Positions 13,044-27,760 of a stretch of DNA of 64,000 nt are shown piece by piece. Made by a program: the position numbers and the translations under genes. The notes beneath the pieces are model-generated. The model was not told the DNA's origin. It searched no databases and saw nothing but the letters and a program-made list of their open reading frames with translations. The stretch's first letter is position 1. Each line of letters begins with the position of its first letter. This stretch comes from the human T2T-CHM13v2.0 reference genome, Homo sapiens. The stretch lies in the NCBI RefSeq assembly GCF_009914755.1, contig NC_060935.1; one strand, written 5' to 3'.

Positions 13044-14356
13044 TCATTAATGGCTCCTAAAATCACTAAGTATATGGTTGATGGGAAACTTTATAGTGGA
13101 TGGATCAGACTCGCAATGTCTAAACCAGTTGATCAATCTTAACATCGTAACAAGACAACAGACACCAGGGGCTGCTGACAGGAGAACAGAGGAAACCCAT
13201 AGCTCTACCACTGAGTTATTCACGGCAAAAAAAAAAAAAAAAAAATTAAACTGCGTTTCCTCCAAGCTTCTAATCCTGTTGTTTACAGGAAATACCCAAG
13301 GAAAGGAATACTTTTAAATGACACATTAAAACAACGCCAAATCCAAAATATGGGGAAATGACCCAGTTTCTTCAACAAATAAACAAGAAAAGGTAGGGGG
13401 GAGGACTGTTCTAGATTTTAAAAGCTATAGAAGACACAGCAACCAAATACACTGCATGGACCAGGCATGGATCCTAATTGGAACAAACCAACTGTAAAAG
13501 GATGTATTTGAAATGATTGGAGGAATTTGAACAGTGACTGCACAGTAGATGATATGAAGAAATTATTGTTATTTTTTAGGTGTGATCATGATTTTATGGT
13601 GATGTTTAAGTAAAAGAGGCCTTATTTGTTAGAGATACATGTACGGGTATAGAGAAATATTTACGGATGAAATGATACGATGTCTGAGATTTGCTTTGAA
13701 AACTCTAGCAGGTGTGGGAGAAGCAGGTGCATGGGTGGGGGAAGGGATAGATGAAATAAGTATGCAAAATGTTAGTCTACTTTTGTCCCTCCTGACCCAG
13801 CAGGTTAAAATACCTCAGCATACCTCTACTCCTCCAACCAGGTCCAAGGATCAGGCCAAAACTCCCTGATGTGGTAAACAGCCTGACCCCTTCTTACCTC
13901 TCTCTCTCCAGCCACTTCCCTAAGATTCCCCAGTGCTCTGTGCCCTAGCCAGCCCGACTCATCTGCCCAGATTCCTCAATGTTTCACTCTCTCATTCACC
14001 ATTTTGACCCCACTGTGCTCCTGGGCCACTCTCCAAGGCCCCGCCTCTTCATCTCCTCCCTCCTTACTCATCCTTCAGGTCTTGGCTTAGGTGCCATTTC
14101 CTCCAGGAAGCCTTCCCTGACACCAATCCCATCCTCACCTAGAACAGATTATGTGCGCTTCTTTGTGCCCCCCATGGCCCCCTGTGGGTTTGCTTCACGG
14201 ATTATAACTGCCTGACTACCTGCCTTTCTCCACCCTCTAGACTGAGAACACCTTGAGAAAAAGAACACATCTATCTTGTCTGTCATTGAATCCCTGGTGT
14301 CTGGCACCATGGCTGACACATAACTATCACTCAGTGACTAGTGTTTTAATGAATTA

Positions 14357-14713
<357 letters not shown>

Positions 14714-14780
14714 TCATGGGGTAAATGAAGACCTCCCTTCCTGGTTCCCTGACCAGCCCCTGCCCTCCCCCGCATCTCAC

Positions 14781-14897
14781 CTGTCTTTCTTGCTTCCTTC
14801 TGGTACTTCTGTTTAAGCCGGTCCATGAGCAGGCCATTCCAGGGGGCACACAGCACTCCGAACTGAGTGAAGGCAAAGGCATTTGTGTAGGTGCTGA
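14781..14897 (-). CDS. SLC43A3: SLC43A3 coding exon 9 (117 nt; STYTNAF...EARKT)
   Basis: Acceptor ttctgcag|TC, donor G|GTGAGA. Confidence 0.96.
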
Positions 14898-15098
14898 CTG
14901 CAGAAGGAAGAGAGAGGTTGGTTGATGAGAAGTTTCCAAAACTCCCTTCCAGGCAGGGACTCTCCCACCTTACCCTTGTCTGCATGTCCCTCCTCCCCAC
15001 ACCATCAGACCCTCCTCTGGTGTGTACAGCCCTGCTGGGAGGCTCTGTGTTCCCAGCTGGGACATGCAGATGGGCTACCTCCCAGCCCTACCACATAC

Positions 15099-15272
15099 CT
15101 CGTGCCATGTCCCCACCGGCCATGTTGGTCAGCAAGGAGTTGAGAGTGCCAATGAAGAGGTAGTGCCACAACTGTATCACAGACAGCCACACCAGGTGCC
15201 AGGCAAAGCGCCGAGAGAAAGCGTAGCTCCAGAAGGAGCGGAGTTCCTGCTTCTGCCCTGCCCCTGGGGTCT
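15099..15272 (-). CDS. SLC43A3: SLC43A3 coding exon 8 (174 nt; TPGAGQKQ...GDMAR)
   Basis: Acceptor cccattag|AG, donor G|GTATGT. Confidence 0.96.
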
Positions 15273-15989
15273 CTAATGGGGAGAGGAGGATCTGGGCGTG
15301 AATTACGAGGAAAGTGGACAGGTAGGATGGGGAGTGTGGAGGCTTCAATGGAACATTTCAGATCCGGGCCCACCTTCTACCCTTGGCTCCCAGAACTCAC
15401 CCGGCGTGCTCTGCACCTGCCTCGGACTCACACATCCCCACCTCCCTGCTTTGTCATGCTGGCCCTACCACCTTGGATGACCCTCTGTGTTCTTCTCTAT
15501 TGAAATCCGATCTGTCTCTCACAGCCTGGTCAATGACACTTCTTGCAGTAATACCTTCCTGATCTTTCTCAGCGAGAAAGGTGAAAGGAACGACAAGGAG
15601 AGGAGAAAGTCAGAAGGGAGAGGAGAATGAGTGTGGATACTCTGTTCTAACCTGCTCCTCAGCACCTCCCTTTCTTTTGATACCAGTATCCTGAGTTTCT
15701 TTGGGAAATCTTCCTCTACCCTAATCTTCATGGTCCAGATGGGACCATGAATTCAGTGTTCTGTTCCTCTCTCAAGGTTAACCAATGAGATGGTTCCTCC
15801 TAACAAGGCAGACCGGCCATGAGTTTAGATTAGGATGGACTTAATCTAAAATAGGTCCTACACCCTGGCAAGTTCAATGTCCTCCCTTGATTTTGGAAGC
15901 TTCCCAGAACCCTATTCTTCTTTCTTTAAAATAAATAAATAAATACATGTTTTGGATCCAATTGTCAGATGGTAAAAATAAAAACAAAA

Positions 15990-16290
15990 AAATCAATTTT
16001 ATTCTGTATATTTAAGATATACAATATGAGGTCATAGGATACATATAGCTACTAAGATGGTTACTACAGTTAAGCAAATTAACATATCCATCATCTCACA
16101 TTTCTACCTGTTTTGTGACAAGAGCAGTTAAAATCTACTTGTTTAGGAAAGTCCCAAACACAATGCAGTTTGATGACCTACAGTCTTCGTGCTGTGCATT
16201 AGATCTCTAGGCCTGTTCATCCTGCTCATCTGCTCCTTTTTGTCCTTCGACCTGCATCTCCCATCTCCTCTCCCACCCCGTTCTTATTTC
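15990..16290 (-). mobile_element. L1MA-like 3' end fragment
   Basis: gttaagcaaattaacatatccatcatctcaca...cattagatctctag motifs. Confidence 0.65.
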
Positions 16291-16738
16291 TACTGTAGCT
16301 AGCTGCGGTTTGTGATGTGTGTAACCAAAGACGCAGAACAGAGAGGAAGGAAAGGAAGCAGTGATAGAGTTGGGACAATAAGAGAGGGCGGACCCAGGAG
16401 ACCTGGAGAAATGGGGGCACTGTACCAGACTTAGTGCAATGGCATCACAGAAGAGGGCAGAACCGAGGAGTGGGGGGAAGGGAAGGCAACCCATGGCAGG
16501 CGGGCTTCAAGGGGTGGGGAAGTGATAGGATGCGAAATAGAGAAAAGAGGGACAGAAAAGAGACGAAAGCCCTGGACCCTCCATTAAGTGAGAGGGTTGG
16601 GAAGATGCCTAAGGCCCTTTTTCTGTCCTGCCTTTCCTGATTCTGGGTCCCTGGGGGAGCTCTGGAGGTGAGGGGCCAGGAAAGGCACAAGGAGAGGCTT
16701 GGGTCTGGAGGAGAGATGGGTTAGCCAGCAGGGCTCAC

Positions 16739-16836
16739 CTTCCTTCGCTGAAAGGAACTCCTTTGACTGTAGCTCCCTGTTTTCATGCTCAGCTGTTTCC
16801 TTCTCTTCCTTTGTGGTGCCATTCCCAGGGCACAGG
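16739..16836 (-). CDS. SLC43A3: SLC43A3 coding exon 7 (98 nt; LCPGNGTTKEEK...SAKE)
   Basis: Acceptor tttccatag|C, donor G|GTGAGC. Confidence 0.95.
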
Positions 16837-16959
16837 CTATGGAAACAAAAGCCCCACCAGCAAGGCCAAGGACTGTGAGCCGAACCTGAGACTCAGACTG
16901 GAGGGAATAGTATGGTGAATCCCACATTCCACCGCACTTTGGAATCACCTTTTAGCCAC

Positions 16960-17085
16960 TCTGATGCCCAGGTTGCAGACCAGACCAGTTAAATCAGAAT
17001 GTCTGGAGGTGAGAGCCAGGCTTCCTTTTCTAAGATCTCTATGTGAATCTAGTGATTCTAATAAGCAGCAAAGTTTAGGAAGCAT
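16960..17085. mobile_element. MER5-like hAT-Charlie fragment
   Basis: aaatcagaatgtctggaggtg...gtgattctaat...caaagtttaggaagca. Confidence 0.55.
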
Positions 17086-17301
17086 GAAAAGAGTAGGGCA
17101 GGCCCAGGTTCAAATCCCAGCTCTGCCTCTTCCTAGCAACAGAAAGATGGCTCAGACTTAACCCTTCTGAGCCTCATTTTTTGCATTTAGAAAATGGAGA
17201 TAAGGATATCTCAGAGGATTATTGTGAGGATGAAATCAGAGAGCACATGGGGTCTGACAATTAGTAAGTGAGCAGCAAAGGAATGCCCTTCCTCTACTCC
17301 T

Positions 17302-17790
17302 TGTGGCAAATGACTGCAAAAATGATCACATTTCTTCACCTCCTCTGTATTTCCCCCAATTTGAATGAGACTGCAGCTCTATTTCCCCATGCCCTGAATC
17401 TGGGCCAGCCTTGTGAACTGCTTCAGCCAAAAGAATGCAGCAGAAGTGGCTGTGCCAATTCCAAGCTTAAATCTCAAGAACGCTTGTGCATTTCTGCACT
17501 CTTTCAGAACCCTGAAATCACGGTGTGAATGAGCCCACGCTGGCTTGCTGGAGGATGACAGCCACGTGACCCAGGCATCCCTGTCACTCCAAACCTATGT
17601 GAGTGAGGCCATCCTAGCATAGCCAGCCCCCATGTAATCCTCCAAATGATCAGATGTATGAATGAGCCCTGTCAAAATCATCTACATCTGGCCCTGATCA
17701 GCGGAACTAGCCAGCTACCCACAGACTTGTGAAAAATAATAAATGCTTAACATTTTAGGCTGCTGAGTTTTGAGATAGTTTGTTATGCAG
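17302..17790 (+). mobile_element. MLT1-family MaLR LTR
   Basis: Typical 3' end aataaatg...ttgttatgcagcaatagctaac. Confidence 0.75.
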
Positions 17791-17913
17791 CAATAGCTAA
17801 CAGATGCACTGCTCCAGTCCTCCTCCTCTCCTGTGATAGGTTTGCTTTACCCTGTCCATCCCACCCTAGGGCCAATGAGGGGCTCTGGCCCACAATCACC
17901 AGATAGTCCTTAC

Positions 17914-18053
17914 CCATAGCTGTAGTTGGGGGGCAGTGGGTATGGGATGTGCCCCCGGGGCATCAGGAGGAAAGTGCGTGCTACATGCCAGGTACTGCAG
18001 ACAGAGATGAAGATGAAGGAGGCCCTGAGGCTGATGCCTTTTTCATAAAGAAG
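17914..18053 (-). CDS. SLC43A3: SLC43A3 coding exon 6 (140 nt; LLYEKGIS...PPNYSY)
   Basis: Acceptor ttctgcag|CTT, donor GG|GTAAG. Confidence 0.96.
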
Positions 18054-18079
18054 CTGCAGAAGGAGAAGGAAAAAGTCAG

Positions 18080-19110
<1,031 letters not shown>

Positions 19111-19681
19111 ACAAAAACATCAGCAGAAGAGGCAGGGGCTGGAACCCTGTTTTCTAAGGAGTCCTAGTACAAGCCATCACCTACCATCCTGTAAGCTGAT
19201 TAGGGACACCTGGTACACACATGCCCCCACCCACCCCAAGACACACCCGGCAGTAGAGGAGTCCTCATACGACCCATCCCCACAGCCGGTGGAGCCTCCT
19301 CGTGTGGCTCCCCAGAGATCTTCTAGCCCAGTGCCTTTTTTCCCCCAACGACAGCAAAGGCCTTTTGTTCAAAGAAAATTTTACACAAAAATTCATCTTA
19401 CAAAACACACCAATGGGGAGCTTGCCAGTCATCTCCCTCTTTATTCTCCTTGGTGACTGGTATGACATCAAAGAGAATCCCTAAGTTCCTCAACAGCTCA
19501 GTTTGAAAACCACCGACCTAGCCCAACCTCCTCCCATTTTACAGAGAGTGACGTTGAGGTCCAGAGAGGTGCAGTGAATTGCTCAATAAATTGACAGAGT
19601 AAGCAGCAGCAAAGTCAGATTAAACTAAGAATTCCTGTTCCTGCTCCCTTTCCCCTTCCAACTCTAGAGAGACAGGAGAGA

Positions 19682-20056
<375 letters not shown>

Positions 20057-21138
20057 TTATGCCAGGAGTAGAAAGGCTTGAGTGCCTCAGGGGCTCAGTC
20101 TCTGCATAACCCTCCAAACCTCCAAAGCTTATGGGACTAAGCTAGACTCATGTCTGGGTGGTGACTGCCAGAGATCCTCTTCTCTGCCCCCATAACCTGC
20201 AGGCAGTGCCAACTGCCTGTGACCTAACACTAAGCCCAGAGAGAAGTCCCAGGTTGGATGGCTTGAGATCCACACTCTTCCCTTCCTTTCACTCAGCCAT
20301 CTGTGGTGTGCTGGCTTTAGTCCTCCAGCTTGCTGCCTCATAATTGAAGCATGGTTGCCACAACTCCAGCTATCACATCCTCACACCACAACATTCAATG
20401 AGGAAGACTTTGTTTTTACTCTGCTTTCACCTTGCGTCAGGGAAGAAAAGTCCCCTTGAATCTTCCACTATATACACTCCCTTTATCTCATTAAAAAGGA
20501 CTGGATCATATGCTGACCTCCACCTATCACTAGCAACGGGTAAATGGATTGCCATGGTTGGCTTTAATCAATCAGGATTCATCCCCTGGGCTAAGCGGGT
20601 CACTGCCCAGATAAAACTGTTCGCAATGAATAAGACAGAATGGTTGTTGATTGACCTCTAATAGCCTTGGCAACAGTTCATCCCCTGATACCCCAACATC
20701 AGCCACTGGGACAGCTGGACAAGCCTCTGTGTCTGCCCCTGCTGTACCCACTAGCCACTTGCCACCTTCTTGTCCAAACTAGAAGCTCACAGCAGCAAAC
20801 GCCCCACTCTAAAGGTCCCCCAGCCTCTACCCAACACTGGCCCAAGCACATTATGACCACTGCCACAAAAGCTTGGGCAAGTCTGAAGAAGGGGCTTAGC
20901 GGTTACAAGCTCAGGCTCTAGAACCGACAAGCCTGGGTTCAAGTTCCAGTATCATGGCTACTAGCTGCAGAACCTTCAACAAGCTTTTTAACCTCAGAGA
21001 CTCAAATGCTTCATCTGTAAAATGGGGGTAACACAGTACCTACCTCACCGAGTTGATGGAGACAAATAATGCAGGTTCACAAGACAAGTGTCTGGCATAT
21101 ACAAGTGCCCAGTGAATGTAGGCTGTTGCTATATTTAC

Positions 21139-21231
21139 CTTAATAATAAGGAAGACTGCCGAGGAAGAGTCAAATGCTCCATTGTACAGAGTGATGATGG
21201 TCGAACGGTGTTGGCCAAATAGGTTCCCAAT
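21139..21231 (-). CDS. SLC43A3: SLC43A3 coding exon 5 (93 nt; [11 protein letters not shown]...FLIIK)
   Basis: Acceptor ccccag|ATT, donor AAG|GTAAAT. Confidence 0.96.
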
Positions 21232-21463
21232 CTGGGGATGATAGGACTAGCCTGGATCACTTATTTATTCATGAAACAGATACTTCCTGAGCACCCAGCA
21301 TGTGGCAGACCCTCCTTATACCCAAACTCACCCTCCACCGCTAGAGCTCCCACCTCAGCTTGGGCCAACCCCATCTGAGGCAGCCAATTATAGAAAAGGG
21401 TCTCTCCTTCCCTCCACCTTCCCGCCACCCTGCCGAGTGCCTGGGATTAGGGAAGGCTCCCAC

Positions 21464-21540
21464 CTGCAGGTTGGTGATGAGAAACAGGATTCCCCCAATG
21501 GTGAGCATTGGCATGGCCAGGAAGAGCAGCACGGCTGAGC
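21464..21540 (-). CDS. SLC43A3: SLC43A3 coding exon 4 (77 nt; [10 protein letters not shown]...TNLQ)
   Basis: Acceptor gtccag|GC, donor CAG|GTGGGA. Confidence 0.95.
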
Positions 21541-23547
21541 CTGGACCATCAAAGTCAGAGGTAGGGTGGTGTCATAGTGCAACCCAAACATGGAGCCCCA
21601 AACTCTGCTCCCACCTGCTCCAAATTCCCAACAATCCTGGTATCCAGGCCCCAATTCTAGCCAGCGTTCCAGCGTCCTTCAAGGGTTTTTAGGATACCGG
21701 CCAAGGCTTCCCCAGATATCTCTGTGGAAGTCTTCTGAGCCACCTTCTTCCCAACCAAAGTTGGTCCTCAGTCTGTGGCAGGCCAGGAAGTCTACAGACA
21801 GAGGCAGAGCTCTAAGTGAAGCCACCTCTCTCTTCCCTCAGTAAACCACAAGCTGCCTCTCCCTTTCATCCTTGACACTCCTGGAAAAGAAGACCCTGGA
21901 CTCAGGTCCCTGGCTCAACCCTCTAGCCCATTCCCTAATTCATGGTATTGGCCTTGAGCTTCAATCATCTGTTTAATGGGAACAACAGTTCCTGCTCTTC
22001 CTGTCTCAGGTGCTATGAGAACTGAGTGAGAAAAGGACCATGGTCTTTTCTTTGTTCACTAAACTCTGAGCACTTCTTTGGTGCCAGGCATTGTGCTTGG
22101 CACTGGAAATGCAAGATGAATCAGATAGTCCTTGCCCTTAAATAGACTGACATGCAAACAAATGGTTATAACAGGTCTGGTAAGTGTGAGACCACAGCAA
22201 AAAAGCTCAAGAGCTGGGCTAGGGGAACCCTTGACAAATTCTTCCTCCCCAAACCAGACTTCTGCCCACCATTATTCTGGCCACAACCTATGCCTGTCCT
22301 ATTATTTGCTAAAATGTTTTAAGTTGACTCACTTTTATCCAAAAAGTATCTATTTTTAAAGGACACTTTATATCACTACTGTAGATGAAAACACTGGCAT
22401 TACTTGTCATGAATAGAAAGTAACTGTCAAAATAAATACAATGAAAGGAAAACAATGTTATTCAATTGTAGCTGGATGCATTTGACCTTAGAATGTTCAA
22501 AGCCTAAGACCTGCTCTTCCCATCAGTGTTAAAATCACACTGGCCCCACATGAAGACATTCTTTCATGAAATCAGAAGGACTGAAAGAGAAATAAAAAGG
22601 GAATAGCTGTTCTACCAGGTGATTTGATGTTTGTTAGTGTAGTTCACGTAGTATGCGTGTGCCCCTAACATCCTCTTAACTACCGTGCTATACCTTAAGA
22701 AGCACTGCCAAGAGCTAATTTTAGAGTATTCACACAGTTTACCATTCAATTTCTGTCTTTATAAAATGTACATCTCTCCTACTACTAAAGGTTGGAGACT
22801 CCTTTCACAATAGAGTCCTTATGGGCTCAATGCTTTTTTCAAAACTGAAAAGCCCTATATTATGGAGGAAGAGGAGGATTGTTGCTCAGACGATTTGCAG
22901 GCACGAGTCAAACATTACCCAGCCACCACCTCCACATTCAGTTGCTTAAAAATCATTTACAGGCTTTTAGAGTAGATGATGCTGGTTTGATAAGGAGAGT
23001 GGTTTGAAATAATTGGTTTGAGGTGCTGGGCCATCTCATGAGATCTGTGTGAACAAAGACACTCAGCCTCTGTGTTTGCCCAGCATGAGTGCAGACAATC
23101 TCATGATGCTGTCAGCTTTAGCATAGCTTACACACACAAGAGTAATGTACTTTCTTTCCTAAACCAAAAATTGAGCCACGGGTCTAACACTAGGAAGGAA
23201 TATTGGGAGGCATCTCGTGGCCACCATAACCAAGGCAATGACAGAAAGAAGAGTGAGGGATCAGGAGGCCTGCACATCAGGCCCACCTCCCACTTGCTTT
23301 CTCTGTGGCCATGGACATGTCTTTGCAAGGGGTCCTGCTGTGGCTTCAGTTTCTCCTCTGTGTAATGGGTGGAAGGGTGGTGGAAAATAAACCAGATTGG
23401 AGTTCCAGACTTAACAGACTGGTGAAATTTTAAAACAAAGATTTTGAGTACAATAGGGTTGTCAACTTTTACCCTGCTAAGTAAGGATATTTGCAAAATG
23501 GTCATTCATATAATCATTTCATTAAAAAGAGAAAGAGAACATTTTAA

Positions 23548-23897
<350 letters not shown>

Positions 23898-24148
23898 GAT
23901 GTAAAGTTTTGAATAAATTCTACTCTCTGAAGTAATCCCTCTCCATCATCCTTGCTTTTCACATTTTCTCAATAAACTGTTTTCACAGACCAGCAATAGC
24001 TCAAGATCCTTCCAGGATTCTTTCAAGCTGCAGATCTCTGAATAACCATGTGGTCTGTATATCTTGCCTATAGCCCTCTGCTCACACCTGCCCCAGCCAC
24101 CAGGTGCCTCTGAGCTTGCATCCCTCCCACCCACCTGACAGCACTCAC

Positions 24149-24195
24149 CTGCAGAGGTGAAGGCTATGATGAGTGTGGCGGTGGTGTAGAAAAAT
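24149..24195 (-). CDS. SLC43A3: SLC43A3 coding exon 3 (47 nt; FFYTTATLIIAFTSA)
   Basis: Acceptor tttcag|A, donor G|GTGAGT. Confidence 0.96.
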
Positions 24196-25707
24196 CTGAA
24201 ACACATAACAGGAAAAGCAGAATATTGTCAAGGAGGGAGAAACCTGGGAGAAAAAACATGATTCTGCTCAGCCAGCCCACAAGTGTAGGACTTGACCGCA
24301 CCCTCAGCCTGGGATGCAACGGGCACTGATGCCTCTGAGCCCCAGGCTCAAAACCAGGCGCAAGAAGCCGCGATGAGATTGAGATGTGGTCCTGACCTCA
24401 TGGACAGTGCATTTTGCTCATTCTGAGGCCCAAGGCTAGCATGGAAAGTCTTGGACAATGAGCTCAGCTGACGATGTGATTGGCTTGGGACTTAGCCAGG
24501 ACAGAATGGGCAAAGCGAAGGTCCTCCCACCTGGAAGCCCCAACAGCCCAACCCCTTGGAGAAAGGGGTTAGTGCCTGGTCTGCAAATCAAGGCCTTGAG
24601 TTCTAACTCCTCCTCACTCTGTGACCTTGGGCAAGGCGCTGTCCTTCTCTGGGCCTCAGGAGCCTTTTCTATAAAAAGAAATGATCGGACTGATCTAGCT
24701 CAGAGTGCTATGATTTCAGGACTACAGTCCCAAGGTTATCAGGCTCCCTTAGCATTTGGGGGTCTTGTAAGGCATGGAGTAAAAAAAAAAAAGCAATATC
24801 CTAAGGCTGGAGAAGAGGGAGGGGACAAAGGAAGGGGAGGAAAGGGGAGGTAGCAGGGAGCCAAGGACCAAGAAGGACTGAGGTACAGTCATTCTGCATC
24901 CAAAGGCTTAAATTGTAAGGGACTGGCTTTACTCTGGCTGTTTCCGGAAAGGCAGGCCCAGCCAGCCCTCCCGTCTCTCTCTCTGACAGCCAATCTCACA
25001 TGTGCCTCCCTGGGAGCACCTGCTCTGAGCTGTATCAGCCCCCAGCAGGCCGCTGATTACCACTGAGCCTGGCCACAGAGCACGAGATTAGGATGCAGCA
25101 ACACACTGTGTGTGAGATCACGTCCCGAACCTTCTGACTCATCTGCACAGGAAACCCCCCCAGTCTCCCCTCCAGTCAGAAGGGACCTGAAATTCCACCA
25201 GTGGCAATACCAAAGAAACTTCCTATTAGCTAAGCCCCTAGGGAGTGATTGGCTGTTGGGGCGGGGAGGGGGGGCGGTGAGGAGGATGAGGATGAAGCCT
25301 GGGCAACCTGGATGTGAGGCTGTGCAGGGGATGAGGACAAGGATCCTTGGGGTGAAGGAAGAGAAGAGCAATTTTAGGTTTTGCTAATTTTGTAACCCTG
25401 GCTCCAAGCCAGCCCTTACAGGAAGTCACCCTGGCCTCCGGCTCAATTCAGCACGTGATAGGGAAGCCACATTTATGCAGAGCAGGGAACGAGGTAAGGA
25501 AATGGAAGTGGGGCTGTGGTGAAGTGGGCAAGTCTAGAGAGAGTCCCGCTGCCTGGGGCTGTTCCTAACAGCTGCTGGGAGCGAGCTGCAGGTGTGGTGC
25601 CTGGCAGGGTGGCCGGGCTGTCTGACTCTGGATTTCACTCCAAGCTAGGCTGCTGCCTGAAGGATTCCTCTTACCCACCTTTGCCTGGGCTGGCCTTTGG
25701 GACTTAC

Positions 25708-25837
25708 ATGGCTATGAGGCGTGCCACGGTGGTCTTGAACCGGTCAAAGATGTAGCCAGTGGGGAATGTCATGAAGTTGTTCATGAAGGACCCCAGGGTG
25801 AAGATGAGTGAGAACCTCTCATCCTGGGCTTTGCAGT
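25708..25837 (-). CDS. SLC43A3: SLC43A3 coding exon 2 (130 nt; DCKAQDERF...ARLIA)
   Basis: Acceptor ctactccag|AC, donor AT|GTAAGT; phase consistent. Confidence 0.96.
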
Positions 25838-26155
25838 CTGGAGTAGAAAAAAGGTCTCCCATGCATCCCAGCCTTCCTGCCAAATGAGCACACAGGCTGG
25901 GCTCCCCTCCACCTCAGACAGCTTGTCGGTCGCAAACTTGTCCCTTAAGCTGAGTTGAAATGTGGCTGCCCCTAATTACCCCTCAGGAGCTGGTGCCTCC
26001 CTCCCAGGCACTTCCCAGATCAAGTGGGGTGAGAGCTGCTGACCCTTCCTCTCATCATAGAAAGAGGGGTGGGCAGGGGGCAGAGTCCTTCCTGCTCCTT
26101 GCCACCACGTGGGAGCCAGACTTAACTTCCTTAGAAAAGTCATCCCTGCCCTTAC

Positions 26156-26339
26156 CAGCCTGCCCTGTGGCATTGCCAATCGGCCCAGCATCTGGTCCAC
26201 ACAGATCCTTAAAGTAATCTTCATTCTTGAAGACAAACACTAGTGAAGGCCAGCCAAAGAGGACGCCAGCAAAGCCCAGGCATTCCAGCAGCCCAGTCAG
26301 CAGTGTGGCCACGTGCAGGGGCAGGCCCTGGCCCGCCAT
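26156..26339 (-). CDS. SLC43A3: SLC43A3 coding exon 1 (184 nt; MAGQGL...NATGQA)
   Basis: ATG at 26339; donor G|GTAAG at 26155. Confidence 0.97.
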
Positions 26340-26754
26340 GAGCAGAAGTGGAGTGGATCTTCAAATCCCACTTTGTCCTCCTGGACGGATCACAGGCGCC
26401 GTAAGCCTGGCGTTTGAGCACTTGGAAAATTCCTCTGGCAAGCCAAGCCCTTCCTTTCCCGTAGCTCTCTGGTTGTTTCAGGCCTGGGGAAAAACCATCA
26501 GCGGGTGATTCTCTGGATCCTGTAGAATAAAGATAGAGGCTGCTGGAAGAGGAGGCCTGCGGGAAAGGGAAAGGTAGACTAGAGTTATTTGTGAGGTGCA
26601 TTAAGAGGCAGGATGATCATGGCCGCTGGCAGCAAATGTGGGGAATAAATACTCCAATACATCATCTTAGGCACTGCATTTGAGTAACCACGTGGCAAGT
26701 AGAGAGGCAGGTCTTGATGGCCACCTGGAGTCACAGGTGAGATAAACGACTTAC

Positions 26755-26819
26755 CCAATAGCTCCCCGGGAGCAGGTGGAGAAGCGGAGCTCCTGCGCTC
26801 GAATTCTGAATACCGTCCC
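26755..26819 (-). other. SLC43A3: Probable non-coding 5' UTR exon of SLC43A3
   Basis: Acceptor attattttag|G and strong donor GG|GTAAGT bracket 65 nt between promoter and first coding exon. Confidence 0.65.
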
Positions 26820-27029
26820 CTAAAATAATGACAGCAACTCAACCAGGTGCAGAGGCAGGGAGATTTCATACAGAAGACACAAACTCCCGCTGCCAAGTTG
26901 GTGTTATCTTCAGTTTACTGACAATGAAACAAAAGCTCCCATGGATTTCAGGAACTTGCCCAAGGTCACAGGGCTAGTTTAGTCACGACGCAGGCCATTC
27001 TACTGCCAGAAATACCCCCAACTCCCATG

Positions 27030-27420
27030 ACCCTCGCCTAGGACTCGCAAACCTGGTCCCCGCCGCCCTTCCTCGCATCAACTTCTACCAGGAAAGCCTC
27101 CGGGGGCCGCTCCCCGCCAGCCTCCGCACCCCGCTCCAGCCTGCGGCCTGCCCTCCCCGCAGAGGAGCCCGAGGGGCCAGGCCGCGCTCGGCGCCCCATG
27201 GCGCCCGAAAGGGGACCCTTCGCCCTACCCGCCTGCTCCGCGCCGGGGCTCTCCGCGCCCTTTCCGCACGGGCCAGGTTCGCATTCGCGCCTCTCGCAGC
27301 CCCTCCCAGTCCCCTGCTCGCCTCCGCCCCCTCCTGCCCGCCCGGAAGGGGCTGGGGCAGACCTCCCACTCTCCATCACTTCCTTCTTCTTTTCCCTTGC
27401 TCACAGCCTCCCGCGCCCTT
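27030..27420. promoter_or_regulatory. CpG island / GC-box promoter of SLC43A3
   Basis: Dense CpGs and several CCGCCC/CCCCGC boxes at the 5' end of the gene. Confidence 0.85.
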
Positions 27421-27709
27421 TTTACCTCTCCCTCTTGAAACTTCTCCCTCTAGAACCCCCTAGAACCCCAGCGGTGTCTTTCCCTCCCTCCTCGCTGCCT
27501 TTCAGCCTCCCAGCCCCCTTGCCTCTGCCTCCCCTAACCAAGTTAGTTGAATGCTGTTACTCGCTCAGGCCCACCTAGGGAAAATGTCACACCCAGCACC
27601 CAGAGGACACACAGACAGCACATGAGGGCATAGGGACACACACACTCTATTTGTGCATTTTGCCTTGACCGCTGGGTTGGCAGGGAACATATTTTTCCTA
27701 TTTGCTCAC

Positions 27710-27760
27710 CAGCTTAACCGTCTCTCCCAGTTTCACACTCCCAGAGCTGCCAAAAAAATC
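27710..27760 (-). other. SLC43A3: Candidate first exon of SLC43A3 (5' boundary approximate)
   Basis: Donor CTG|GTGAGC at 27709, just upstream of the CpG island. Confidence 0.5.

Noticed and set aside
26055-26155. Alternative donor as the source of the 13-aa SLC43A3 insertion
   Set aside because: Position +39 gives only a poor GCTCCC site; the 39-nt alternative acceptor at 25876 explains it better
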